DNA of 64,000 nt from Paraphysomonas bandaiensis. Lineage: Eukaryota > Protista > Chrysophyceae. Location of the stretch: the NCBI GenBank assembly GCA_965644295.1, contig CBFFRP010000297.1, positions 992,001-1,056,000 on the forward strand, in the 5' to 3' direction. Every line of letters starts with the position of its first letter. The first letter of the stretch is position 1. Both the position numbers and the translations under genes were made by a program. Positions 40,680-52,371 of the stretch are shown in pieces. The notes beneath the pieces are model-generated. The model searched no databases, had not been told where the DNA came from, and saw only the letters and a list, made by a program, of their open reading frames with translations.

Positions 40680-41139
40680 TATAGAATCTCGATATTTGTG
40701 CTCATGTTTTTGTATACATGAGCGACGGGGTTTTGTGCTGAATCCTTCTCAGTAACGGTGTCGTACTTCGTAAATAATTTTCAATAGACTTTTACATATC
40801 TGTTTATTGTGATTTTCATGAGGTAGTTTCTGGGAATCTGAGTTGGAAATACGACTACGTAAAACACTTGTGGTGCACTTATATCATCTAATATATATAG
40901 TCGCCAGCCTTTACTACAACATAAATAGCAGGATGATATTTTCACTCCCATAATATTGTAGCTATACATTGCTTCTGACCATTGCAATCAACAAACAAAT
41001 GACATTAAACCGTCAGAAATCATAATATATTAAAACACGAAAATAGTCCCTTTTGACGACTGCTGATTCCATACTGAAAAAAGTGCACCTCATAACGTTG
41101 ATCTGACACCCTCAACAAAGTCGGACCTTTTCTTACCGG

Positions 41140-41610
41140 ATAAACCTCGGAGATATTTCTCCGGGAAACTAACTTGTGCCGCATATGTAGTCAGCAGATA
41201 TAGTTCTGCCTACTCATAGCCAAATTCTTGTATAGACGTCTTGGAGCCTTGAAGGATAAACAGGTATCCGGGAATGAGACCACCTCAAGGGAATCCGGGT
41301 GTTGGGCTGCTTGTTGAAGTCAGGCATCCGGGTTGTTCACATTAAGGTATTGTTATGCCCACTCATAGCCTACTAATGCTTGTGTGATACAAGGGACACT
41401 AATAAGTGCCACTTGTATAGTTGTCTTTGGGCCTTGACGTATAAACAGGCATCCGGGAATGGCATTCGGGGTATTGGACTGCTTGCTGAAGTCAAGCATC
41501 CGGGTTGTTCACCTTATGAACACAAAGATTTTGAGGTATGTCAGGTATATCAACACTTTGCTTGCTCAGTGCGTCCGCTTTGAGTGAGAGAGCAAAAATG
41601 GTTACACCTT
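41140..41610 (+). repeat. Dispersed GC-rich structured repeat, copy 2, with an internal tandem duplication
   Basis: Matches the reverse complement of 18850-19135. The ACTCATAGCC...CATCCGGGTTGTTCAC block occurs twice. Confidence 0.7.
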
Positions 41611-42660
41611 TGTAAATTGTGATGCTAAATTAGTTTGACACTCACTACTGCAGTTCTGGTAGCTTTAGTTATGCATTTCACTGATATGTAGCAATACTTA
41701 CTTAAATTATACTGTCAAACTTATAGAAATGCACTTCGTGTATTGTTTCTAGAATGAAAGAAGACTACTTTTGGCTAGCTATATACATTTAATTTCGAAG
41801 TGTTTCTGCGCAGTATGTAATCAGTATACTCTAAGCATGAGCTTAATCAGTTGTCTCTTTGTGTCAAAGGAATGAAAGGCAAAATACAATATGTAGGGTG
41901 TGTTCTTTTTTTCTTCTCTCCAGTTATCGACTATTCAGTCGCTTAGTTTCTTACTTCCATTATATTACTATACATGTTCACTTATTATGCATCAATCAGT
42001 ACTGTGTATACATATTTCATGTACACAGTCGCCACTATACAAGTTCAAAACAGCAATATATTCATGCATCTTTCAGTACGTGTTGTTTACATAGTCATCA
42101 ATTATAAATGTATCCATCACATAATTGCAACGGTATAGAATCACATAGCTTATGTTTTGAGGTTGTATGATGTGTTTATTTGCACCAACAGTGCTCTGTT
42201 TGCAGTAATTGCAACAATCCTCTTAATGGTTAAGGCTCTTTGCATTGGACACACATGGGACACCTCTGCTGTATATATACACAGATGACTGTTGTCCGTA
42301 CTTATGTATTGTGCAGCAGTATATACAGTCGAGTGTATGAGTACACTATTGTACTACTGTATTATTATATGCTGTATTATCTACTGGTATATTATAGTGG
42401 TATAGAGTCTGCTGCTGCTCCTGTCTACCACTGTATACGTGGAGTGTATTCTAATGTATTATAGGGCAATACGGTACACAGCAAGGCCAACAGCGCAACA
42501 CTCTCTATATATACATGTACATACATATACATATATACACACATGCCTGTGTTGGAGCATCTAAGCAATTATCCATATATACAATTCTAGCAGTTAGACA
42601 CTGTTTGCTGCACTGCTGAAGACCCTATAATACAATCATCGTATATCATATTGCAAGATA

Positions 42661-43467
42661 ATGTCTAAAAATCTAACAGAGGGACAAAACTTTTCGCTTG
42701 GTGTAACAGCTGCATTTATTGAAGGGGTACTCTTGCAACCAACTCTCTATTGGAAAAATGCAAGAGCTCAGAAGCTACCCTTCACAATTAACCCTAGGAT
42801 TATTTATCGGGGAACTGCAGCCTCCTTGTACAATGAGATGCAAATGATGGGTCTGCAGTTTGGTATCACGGGATTGTTTCAAAGTTTTAGTAAAAATGGG
42901 TCCGATGCATCAGAAAAGCCCTCTCGCATGCAAGATTACTTATGTGCATTTTCGGGTGGTGCAGCAGCAGCTATATTTGCTTCCCCTGTTGAATTAATTA
43001 TGATTCAGCAGCAACGATATGGGGGTAGTGTCTGGAGTACACTACAGAAAGTTCTTTCTGACCATGGCACCAAGAATATGTTCCGAGGTTTGATTCCTGC
43101 AATGATGAGAGATTCTCTATATGTTTCAGGATTTCTAGGAGTAACTCCAATTCTTCAAGATTATTTAATGGAGCATCAGAATATGTCTCCTATTCAGGCT
43201 GGCTTTTGGGCATCTATTGCTGGTGGAACTGCGGCTGCTGTACCATCGCATCCTCTGGACCTTGTGAAGACATGCATGCAAGGCGATCTGGGGCAGTCGC
43301 ATTATAAAGGTATGATCCATACTTTTAAGCAACTGTGGCAAGAAGGAAAAGTTGTGAGGTTATTTAGTGGGTGCTTCTGGAGATCATTTAATATTGTGGG
43401 AACGGTCTATATTGCTAATGAGTGCAGGACGAGACTACCTATTCACATGTTTGGATGTGAGTACTGA
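42661..43467 (+). CDS. Mitochondrial carrier family (SLC25) protein
   Basis: Three repeats with PxxxxK-type signatures (PTLYWK, PVELIMIQQQ, PLDLVKTCMQ) and YRG/FRG motifs. Confidence 0.92.
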   Translation: MSKNLTEGQNFSLGVTAAFIEGVLLQPTLYWKNARAQKLPFTINPRIIYRGTAASLYNEMQMMGLQFGITGLFQSFSKNGSDASEKPSRMQDYLCAFSGGAAAAIFASPVELIMIQQQRYGGSVWSTLQKVLSDHGTKNMFRGLIPAMMRDSLYVSGFLGVTPILQDYLMEHQNMSPIQAGFWASIAGGTAAAVPSHPLDLVKTCMQGDLGQSHYKGMIHTFKQLWQEGKVVRLFSGCFWRSFNIVGTVYIANECRTRLPIHMFGCEY

Positions 43468-43832
43468 GAAGTTAATTGAATTATACAGTGATGTTGATAA
43501 ACATCGTCGACTTTGTATGGTTACATATATAAAACTTAGTAAGATTAGATTATCTTCAATGTCCACTGTTATTGCATTCTAAAGGACGTGAATAAGATGT
43601 TGCTTTCATCTATCATATATTATAGAAGTCACTAGCAAGAAAGAATTGACACGGATCTATTATAAGTAACTTATGCATAATATTAATGACATCTTCGACA
43701 GTCTCTCATATCCGCTGGCCAGTTCACTATGTATGGGGAAAATTAAACGGGCTGCCTTATATGGTAACTGTATCCGTCTTTCAGTATCGTGTAAACTCGT
43801 AAAAACGAAAAGTTATTAATTATTTCACGCCC

Positions 43833-44861
43833 TCAATTGGAGAAGCTCCAACATAATATTCTACTTACTTTATTTCCACTCACTATACTAATCACTTTTC
43901 TATTCTTCTGTAGTACGCCACATCGCCTTAGTTGGTTATCTAATTTAGGGAGACTGTCTCCAGCATTAACAAGGGTTGTGAACCAAAGTATCGAGTTGCG
44001 AATCTCAGTCAAGCTGCTTTCTTTAATCATCTTCGTTATAAATGCCACCTCTCCTCCAGGGTACCATAGCTCTTCATCCACCCCGCATAAATTTTGCGTC
44101 ACGGATTTATTATTTGAACTTTTCTGTCGATTTAAATTTTTATTTTTTCGCCTATTCTTGGTTTCTGCTTCCTTTTGAGATTTATAGAAAGGAGGATTAC
44201 ACATCGAAAATGCAAACTTCTCTTGAGACTCAACGATTCCTTTAAATATGGACCCTTTGTCGGCTTGGTGACGCAAAAGAATACGTTCTTGTCTTTTGTT
44301 GGCTTCAACATTTCGCCGCGCATATTTCAGTGCAGTTTTATTAGTATCAGACCCCACCATTGTCCACGTCGGGTGCATTCCTGTAGCAATAAGAGGATAT
44401 ATACAGGATGCTCCACATCCAATGTCTAAGCCTCGTATTGTAGTGATGCCACTAGGCTCCAATAGATTAGACTGTATATTAAGTATATATTCAGCTCTAC
44501 TTGGTATAGGTGGAGTTAAGTATCCTTCTGGTATATCCCAACTAATAACATTATAATGATATTTCAATAATGCTTTGTTTAATTCATATACACTCCTTGT
44601 ATCAAAATAAGATATAGTTAAGTCGTTTGTCTTAGAACATTTATATATATATGATTGTAATGATGGAGATATATTACAAAGTTGATTATAATCATATCGT
44701 TTACGAAATGGACTATCTTGATGATGATGTTCTTTAATATGTATGTTAGTGTTATAATAGTTATGGATAGTATGATGGAGTCCTATATAAGACTTATATG
44801 GTGGATGAGACCCTATAGTGGTAATACGGGTATGAAATATACAGTGTATGGATGCTTTCAT
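43833..44861 (-). CDS. METTL16/RlmF-family RNA adenine-N6 methyltransferase
   Basis: LNKALL, IPEGYLTPPIPSRAEYI, LDIGCGASCIYPL, MCNPPFY, GGEVAF, WFTTLV. True start is uncertain. Confidence 0.9.
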   Translation of the reverse strand: MKASIHCIFHTRITTIGSHPPYKSYIGLHHTIHNYYNTNIHIKEHHHQDSPFRKRYDYNQLCNISPSLQSYIYKCSKTNDLTISYFDTRSVYELNKALLKYHYNVISWDIPEGYLTPPIPSRAEYILNIQSNLLEPSGITTIRGLDIGCGASCIYPLIATGMHPTWTMVGSDTNKTALKYARRNVEANKRQERILLRHQADKGSIFKGIVESQEKFAFSMCNPPFYKSQKEAETKNRRKNKNLNRQKSSNNKSVTQNLCGVDEELWYPGGEVAFITKMIKESSLTEIRNSILWFTTLVNAGDSLPKLDNQLRRCGVLQKNRKVISIVSGNKVSRILCWSFSN

Positions 44862-45177
44862 AGTTTATTTAACTATAGATTCTATTGGATGGATGGATGA
44901 TGTGTGTGTATTAATGGAGTGAAGTTCATGAAGAAGTAAACTTCATATGGCTGCATGGTGATACTGTACATGAAAGGACTGACCTATAAATACCATATTT
45001 TCGATTACTAAAGGATTAATATCCCCATTTTATGGATAAAAAGCTGGTATTTATTATGTAAACTGTATTTTCTATATCATAAACAGAGTGATCTATCATG
45101 CACACAGACCTCTACAGTATCATATATATAATATATACCCAGGCTATGAACGAAGTATTGAAGTGAGATATATTAAC

Positions 45178-45287
45178 ACTTCCTACTTCATACTTCCTAC
45201 TTCCTACTTCCTACTTCATACTTCATACTTCCTACTTCCTACTTCCTACTTCCTACTTCATACTTCATACTTCATACTTCATACTTC
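45178..45287. repeat. Heptamer tandem repeat (ACTTCCT/ACTTCAT)n in a divergent promoter region
   Basis: About 15 units. Confidence 0.9.
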
Positions 45288-45361
45288 AGTATCTTGAAGT
45301 GAATGATTTCATAAGCATTTAACGTATAGTACTATACATATATAGTACTCATATATTATAC

Positions 45362-48300
45362 ATGAAATCTCATACATTATTCTTCTATCTCTTATGTATT
45401 CTACATATATATACATGCTACACATATAGATACATAGTTATATATAAATATAAGATGCTACCCTCATTAATCCATACATATATCACAGATAATCATACAT
45501 GTGATAGTATGATCACTTATCAATATTCAAGTTATCTATCTGGTAATATACCAACGGATTATAGTGTGATTACAGTCAATGAACCTGATGATATATGGTT
45601 ATCTTGTTTATATACACATGATGCTGTGTTGGGTGTGTATATGGATTCTATGTATGATATTAATATGAGGAAGATGCTCAATCATGATAATAACAGAGAC
45701 GATCCATACGATCCATACATACATACAGCAGGGAGCCCTCATCATACAGCAGAGAGCCTTCATCATATACAGAGCCTTCATACAGCAGAGAGCCCTCATA
45801 GTGTACAGAGCCCTCATAATGTACTAGACCAAGAGGGTCCTTATCAAAAGGGTTATGAGGCTCAACAGGATCCACATCAACGGGGCCCTCACCAAGAGGG
45901 TCAAGAGGGTAATCCTTTACAAGGCACAGAGGGAAATAGACAACACAGTAATCGTCAACTGGACCAAGAAGGTCAACAGGGTCCTTATCAAGGGATTCAA
46001 GAGGGTCCTCCTCAAGAGAAGAGGTCATACCAGTCAAAACCAGAGGAGGTCCATCCCTATCAAATTGCCAAACATCTTATTGAGAAAGGATATCGCGGAC
46101 AGGGTATTAAAGTCGCTGTCTTTGATTCTGGGCTTGCAGACAACCACCCTCATTTCACGTCCTATCATCGCTTTGATTACACTGATGAGAATACTCTATC
46201 TGATCCAGTGGGGCATGGCACTTTCGTAGCTGGAGTTATAGCAGGCTTATCAAACGAATGTCCTGGTATGGCGCCTGATGTAGATTTATATATATTTCGT
46301 GTCTTTACAAAGAATCAACGAACGTATACCTCATGGTTTATGGATGCTTTTAACCTTGCTATGTACCTTGGAATCGATGTGTTAAATCTAAGTGTGGGTG
46401 GCATGGACCACGCTGACATCCCGTTTATGAGTAAGATTGATGAACTAGCAGCTAGTGGTGTCATAATCGTCTCAGCCATTGGAAATGATGGACCTTTGTG
46501 GGGTACTGCGCATAACCCCGCTGACCAAAGTAGTGTAATTGGGGTGGGAGGGTACCTCCGTGATGACAAGGTATCCCACTTTTCCTCTCGTGGTATGACA
46601 CTGTGGGAGGTACCATATGGTACGGGGAGGGTGAAACCGGATATTTTAGCTCCGTCTAGTCGGGTAGTTAGTCTTCAGCACGTACCACCGTATGGTTGTC
46701 GAACCCTATCCGGAACAAGTGTTGCAAACCCTATTGTCACCGGAGCAATAGCATTGCTTCTTTCTGCATCTGAAAATAGAGAAGAAGTATCCAATGTTGC
46801 AGCTATGAAACAGATTCTAATTTCGTCATCCCGAAGCCTATCAAGCTCATCTATCTTTGAACAAGGGGCTGGGGTGATTGATATTGGTGCAGCGTACGAT
46901 GTGATGAGAAAATTTGTTCCTCATGTTACCCTCTGGCCGAACCGAATTAGCAATTATGCGATTGACTGTCCTGTACTTTGGCCGTACTGTGCACATTCAA
47001 TGTTCAGTACAGCTCAACCCCTTCTTTTTAATCTTACGATATTGAATTCCCATGGCAACATTGGGTCAGTTGTCGGACTGAGGTGGGAGGAAAAATCTGG
47101 TGCTGGACACGGAGTCGATGAAGTCCACCTGCCGGGATACTCCCGTGGCGATAACGTAATACATCGTCGTGTTACTCTACGAGGTCCGGTGTTCATGGTT
47201 CGTGTGGAGGCCAGCCGACTAATTTACCCGTGGAGTGGTCATGTTGGTGTCGCGATTAGTGTGAACCCCTCTGCAAGTACGTTTGAGGGAGATGTGTCGG
47301 GTCACTTACACGTGGTTGTATCTACTGGTGACATCCGAGATGAAGCATCTATTGCTGTAGACCTTCAAGTGATACGCCCACCTGTTAGAGAAAAACGTGT
47401 ATTGTGGGATATTTTTCACAGCATGTCATACCCCTCCCCTTTTGTGCCCAATGATGACCTCGATGACATCAGGTGGGCACAATGTATTCTGAATAATCGT
47501 ATATATACTACTCAACAAAGCACTTTACTTTGCTATACTTATCACAGTGGATGCAGGTCTAAAATGGATTTGTATGGAGATCATCCGTTCACGAACTACA
47601 GGGATACTTTGAGCGCACTTCGAGAAATGAATTTCGTCGTCGAGATACTACGCGGCCCGTGGACATGCTTTGATGCCAATAACTACGGAATTCTTATTAT
47701 TGCTGATACTGAAGAAACCATTGCAGAAAAGGAAGCCATCAAACTCGAAAATGATGTGCGCTATAAGTCTTTATCGGTGCTGGTAATTGGAGACTGGTAC
47801 GATGAAGTAAGTCTGATGAGAGGATTTATTTATGATGACAGCACGCATTCAACATGGTATCCCATCACAGGAGGGGCTAATATTCCCTCGTTAAATAAGT
47901 TTCTAAGGCGATTTGGAATTAGCTTTGGATTGCAGTCGTTCAACGGTTTATTCCGTGTAGGATATCAAAACCACGAAGTCCAATTTAAGTATGGAAATAC
48001 GATATCACGGTTCCCAGCAGGAGGGTATTTGATTCATTCCGCGGCTGGTGAGCTGTTTCCTCTTAACGGTGGGGGTCTTCGAGGACCGTTTAGAAATACG
48101 CAACCGGTAGTTGGGATGATTCAATTAGGGGAGGATGAAACTGACTCTAGTGGGAGAATTGTGGTGTATGGTGACTCGAGTATTGTGGACTCATCTGTAC
48201 CCACTGGTAGTGGGGAGAATTATTTGTTGGAATTAATGGTGTATTTTTTGCGTGATGGAATTATTCCAGTGGAAGCCATTGAAGTAGATGAGCCATATAA

Positions 48301-48508
48301 CGATATGCGTATCATGTTACCTTACTCGTCGCGCGAGGTGGTTGATATGGATGATTTAAATCGTGACATACTTGCCAGAGACACGGAGCACAAACGGTGC
48401 GTTTGTGTTGGGAAATGTTTATTGCTTGACGTGTTCTGCAGATTTTCCAAGTTTGGTGCTCTAGAAGACAAATATTCATTCGAAGATATGTGCACTTTAT
48501 TGCTCTGA
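45362..48508 (+). CDS. MBTPS1: Site-1 protease (SKI-1/S1P, subtilisin S8)
   Basis: Catalytic motifs VAVFDSG, GHGTFVAG, GNDGPLWGT, SGTSVA. S1P-specific SSRGMTLWE.PYG.GRVKPDI, WDIFH..YP, GDHPFTNY, TGGANIP. Two short in-frame introns are probably included in the ORF. Confidence 0.9.
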   Translation: MKSHTLFFYLLCILHIYTCYTYRYIVIYKYKMLPSLIHTYITDNHTCDSMITYQYSSYLSGNIPTDYSVITVNEPDDIWLSCLYTHDAVLGVYMDSMYDINMRKMLNHDNNRDDPYDPYIHTAGSPHHTAESLHHIQSLHTAESPHSVQSPHNVLDQEGPYQKGYEAQQDPHQRGPHQEGQEGNPLQGTEGNRQHSNRQLDQEGQQGPYQGIQEGPPQEKRSYQSKPEEVHPYQIAKHLIEKGYRGQGIKVAVFDSGLADNHPHFTSYHRFDYTDENTLSDPVGHGTFVAGVIAGLSNECPGMAPDVDLYIFRVFTKNQRTYTSWFMDAFNLAMYLGIDVLNLSVGGMDHADIPFMSKIDELAASGVIIVSAIGNDGPLWGTAHNPADQSSVIGVGGYLRDDKVSHFSSRGMTLWEVPYGTGRVKPDILAPSSRVVSLQHVPPYGCRTLSGTSVANPIVTGAIALLLSASENREEVSNVAAMKQILISSSRSLSSSSIFEQGAGVIDIGAAYDVMRKFVPHVTLWPNRISNYAIDCPVLWPYCAHSMFSTAQPLLFNLTILNSHGNIGSVVGLRWEEKSGAGHGVDEVHLPGYSRGDNVIHRRVTLRGPVFMVRVEASRLIYPWSGHVGVAISVNPSASTFEGDVSGHLHVVVSTGDIRDEASIAVDLQVIRPPVREKRVLWDIFHSMSYPSPFVPNDDLDDIRWAQCILNNRIYTTQQSTLLCYTYHSGCRSKMDLYGDHPFTNYRDTLSALREMNFVVEILRGPWTCFDANNYGILIIADTEETIAEKEAIKLENDVRYKSLSVLVIGDWYDEVSLMRGFIYDDSTHSTWYPITGGANIPSLNKFLRRFGISFGLQSFNGLFRVGYQNHEVQFKYGNTISRFPAGGYLIHSAAGELFPLNGGGLRGPFRNTQPVVGMIQLGEDETDSSGRIVVYGDSSIVDSSVPTGSGENYLLELMVYFLRDGIIPVEAIEVDEPYNDMRIMLPYSSREVVDMDDLNRDILARDTEHKRCVCVGKCLLLDVFCRFSKFGALEDKYSFEDMCTLLL

Positions 48509-49301
48509 CTATGTTTGTATTGTTGCTTTGGTTCGATATATTTCTTCAGCGTATTTTTATTATTTCGGATAGACAGGTAGTGTTGTATACGGTTTGCTAA
48601 AACATTTACTAGAGGTGTGTACAGTGTGTGAATTTCCCAAAAGTTGAGGATGTACAGTGCAACTTGATATTTATATATAGGACATAGAGTTGCACCTAAC
48701 TTTAACAAGTCAAGGGTAACGTGTAGCAGAGTAGAATTGTTCGCGGAAGCGTATAAAGCACTATATAAATAGCGGAGTCCTAGGATGGGGCAATTGACAG
48801 TGAATGACAAGTGATTTTATTATATGTTACTATAAGTCGATGTGATGACCAAACCTGGTGAATTTTTGAAAATGTCAATTTAAGTTGAGTTTTTGATGCG
48901 TTTTGCAATAAATTAGGCAGTAGGTGCGAAGAATAATGTTTATAACTTTTAATCTAAGCATAGAGTGCTTTTACAGTTTAGTCATTTTAAATAAGATTTA
49001 TTTAATGTTAGTCGTGGTATTTAGTAACCAAGGATACACTTGATATTATTAGAGATAAAGCTTAATAGTATAACAGCAAGATACGTTTGAGCAGAGCGTT
49101 AGCACCTCATACATGTGCGTATCTTATACAGTCGCGTATCATGTATAGTTTTGTAATTATTCAGTCTATTTGGCGTTTCATTGTATACATGTGTTGTATT
49201 CACGCGTTAAGGGATATACGTGAATCAATGACTCTTAATAATTTTCGAACACTGATAATGAACAAAAAGTTACCACGAAGTGGCATGAACAATGCACATT
49301 G

Positions 49302-49563
49302 TAAGGAGATATAGTAAGTTTTATGATGTTGTAGCACTGTGAGTTAGGAACCACGTCATTCACCAACATCAACATTCTGTTCTACAAATCATATCTTTAA
49401 CAGCTACTATATTTTCAGTTTCTTTGTATACTTGTAATAGCTACTCCTATACTGTAGTCATGTATATTCTGTATTTCATTGCTACATAGAATACAGGATA
49501 ACTACTAGCGATTGGCTTTACCAAAATTCAAGTACGCACGTAGGAGTTGGTTGTAGTTCAATA
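49302..49563 (-). mobile_element. Solo LTR of the copia family at 22709, shortened at its 3' end
   Basis: Reverse complement matches the LTR with about 3 substitutions and 1 indel; flanked by CATTG on both sides (49297-49301 and 49564-49568). Confidence 0.93.
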
Positions 49564-50095
49564 CATTGTTCGGGGTATAAAGGAGATACTAGCACTTAAT
49601 TTTACATATAGAATGACCTGGCAATTATAATGGCATTACCAGTAATGACTATTACCATTACTGTTCCCCGGTCTTGGTATCTACTCTGTACCAGGGATAG
49701 GGAACAATATATTGTATTGCAATATATTGTACAATATATTGTATTGCAATATATTGTACAATATATTGCAATATATTGTAAAATATATTGATTGGTGGAC
49801 TGGTCAAATATTCCATCAATAGTGTTTCTGTTAATAGAGCTCACAATACTATTGCAATATATTGCAATCAATATTATGATAGTCATATAAGAGAAGATCC
49901 TCAACTGTATGGTGCAAAATATACGCCTCTGTATACAAATATCCGGAAAATAAGAAAAAAAGCCTATTTTTGATGTTATTTTCTATTTTTTATGTATCGC
50001 CAGCTCAAACAGCACTCTACACCTCTCCACATGTATGTACAGTACTTCTCTTAATATAGTATATATATCCTATAGTGACAAGAAGAGACAACTGA

Positions 50096-50833
50096 ATGAT
50101 GAGTGCATACAAGAGTAGGGACATTTACCGCTGTTTTTGGAGTCCGGTCGAAGGTGTCCCGAACAAACACGAGTGTAAAATCTGCGGACGTAAACGACAA
50201 CAGAATATTCGGAATGGATACAACAATCTAAAGGATCACACTTTCTCTCATGATGTGTGGGAGGAGACATTGAAGAGGTATTTACGGGCTGTCTGCACCA
50301 ATGGTCCCATGGATGCTTTTGTTCTGCAGCCTTCAGACAAGGCGAAAACAATTTATGAGTGGGTGGAGTGGATTGTCGAGGAAAATCTTCCATTAAATTT
50401 CTGTGAGAAAATTCTTTGGGTAAGATAACTACAAAAACACTGAAAAAATATATGAGACTGTTGGAACTGAAGCTACGTGATATGATTAAAGATATATTAC
50501 CACCAACATTTGGTCTAGTCATGGACGGTTGGACGTCGGACTCCCACCACTACAGTGCAATATTTGCAACCTTTTGCGACCGAACCAATACTCCGAATTT
50601 GTTATTGTTGTCTTGTAATGTGCAAGAGGATATTGATGACAACACTGTTTTCGATGAAGATCTACCTGATGAAGAGAAATTCTACGGATTCACTGCTGCG
50701 GATTGGTTTGATACTATCGTAGAAGTTCTCAATAAATTTGGAGTTGAGGTTAACGCTGACAATGTTTGCGACATTGTTGAGTTTTATCTTGGAGATAACT
50801 GTGCTACAAACAGAAAATTGGCTACTGATTCTG
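50096..50833 (+). pseudogene. hAT transposase, N-terminal half (BED zinc finger, first two catalytic Asp), frameshifted
   Basis: CKIC..GYNNLKDH, LPLNFCE, MDGWT, GDNCATN; frame break near 50420. Confidence 0.88.
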
Positions 50834-51367
50834 GTAACACCGTATTACTTGTGTGAAATTGTCGAATGTTATAATATATATTAGCGCAGTATTCTTAGTA
50901 TTTGAGATGTTTGAAGTACACATACATGTACAACGTCATACAAAGTCGTAAAATCTGCATAGTATATCGATGGACAATATATAAGCGATCATATTTAAGC
51001 AATGACTTTGTCAACGATACTCTATGACTCAGAGAATCGCTTTCGCAAGCTTTTTGGGAAATACTATTCAATCGGTTGCATAACGTAGTTAAAGCTCATT
51101 GTACTGCAGTATTAATCTGTACTATACGGTACAGAGCAGGGATAGGGAACAATATATTGCAATACTATTGTTAGGTAGCGTTCCATCAATAGTATTGATG
51201 GATTTTTTGAACCGGCCCTACAATACTATTGCAATATATTGTACAATATATTGCAATATATTAGTATGACTAATCAGTAAGTAAACACATCCGTAGTTTT
51301 CATTTTTAGTACTTGCCATATTTTATAAGGTCTAAGGTCACTTGATAATCAAACCCACTACTCTTAA

Positions 51368-52356
51368 CTAATTAAAAGTTTCCTCATACTCATCCTCTGA
51401 GCCATCATCGGTGACATCATCATCACCATATTCATTCAATATTGATTGAAATATGCTTGCATCCGGCCACAACTGTCGGTTAGCTTTCAGAAACAACAGC
51501 ATATTAAGTGTAGTAGGATGCATACGTTTGCGCAACACTGATATAATCAGTTTTGCTGCGCTGAACAGGCGTTCACACGTATTGGAAGTACATACTACAT
51601 GACTCGTGCACCTGTACTTAGATATATTTCAACTTTTCGCTTCTTAAGTTTTTGAGCTGATTGAAGAATTTTTTCCGCATAGCCAACTTCAGCTTCATCA
51701 TCCTCTGTATTGTTGCAATAATCACTGTCTGAACGGAGATATATTCTAACAGCATCTTTCTCAGATCTTGTCAAGTCCAATTCTTCGCCTGCTTGGAGTT
51801 TTGCAATTCCATTCTCGAAATTCGGATCATTAACAATGGGACTGTTTTTCTGTAAAGCAGATAGTGGATACTTTGGCCTAAAGTCCCTCAATAAGCCATC
51901 AAATATGTTCCGGCATTCATAAAGATTCACTTGACTTGATCCTCCAGTTTGAAGCAATTTCGAGACGCTTTCAAACTTCCTCAGGTCGTCTACAAGGGCG
52001 ATTATTTCGGTATTCTGTCGAGGAGTAGGAATCATATCAGTAACTGCAAGCGGTAAGTCTTCAATTTTTAATACATGATCTTTTATACGCATCCACTTTA
52101 CGAGAACCTGAAACATAGAAGACCATCTTGTGACATTTACCCTTTCTGGTAGCAGACTGGTTTGGCCACGTAGCAATGCAGCATTCTTAATCTGCTTCAA
52201 CTTCCCCATTAGTAGGTCTACTTTGCGAATAAGAGGCCTAATGCCTTCGTCAGATCTTGTCACATCTCCTTGGTTATTCCTCTTCTCTTTGCTGCCAATG
52301 AGTTCATTGACAGCGAGATTTAGTCGGTGAGATGCACATCCAACTAGGGGTACCAC
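51368..52356 (-). pseudogene. hAT transposase, C-terminal half (CxxH, TRW, dimerisation domain), frameshifted
   Basis: GCASHRLNLAV, NVTRWSS, TSNTCERLFS...LNMLLFLKANRQLW; frame break near 51620. Confidence 0.9.
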
Positions 52357-52371
52357 TTTGTTGGTTTCTTA

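Larger units (their letters stand above)
49692..52356. mobile_element. hAT DNA transposon split by an inversion (5' half on +, 49692-~50884; 3' half on -, 52356-51137)
   Basis: Identical 23 bp termini CAGGGATAGGGAACAATATATTG at 49692 and 51137, 8 bp TSD CTCTGTAC, subterminal CAATATATTG repeats. Confidence 0.92.

Noticed and set aside
43833-44861. Horizontal transfer of bacterial rlmF (intronless gene)
   Set aside because: The METTL16/RlmF family is native to eukaryotes and other host genes here are also intronless; a phylogeny would be needed to claim transfer.
49705-49870. Regularly repeated CAATATATTG palindromes resembling a CRISPR-like array
   Set aside because: No unique spacers and no cas genes; they are subterminal repeats present at both ends of the hAT element.
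49692-52356. Two independent hAT insertions in opposite orientation
   Set aside because: The shared 8 bp TSD and the contiguous, non-overlapping transposase halves show one element plus an inversion.
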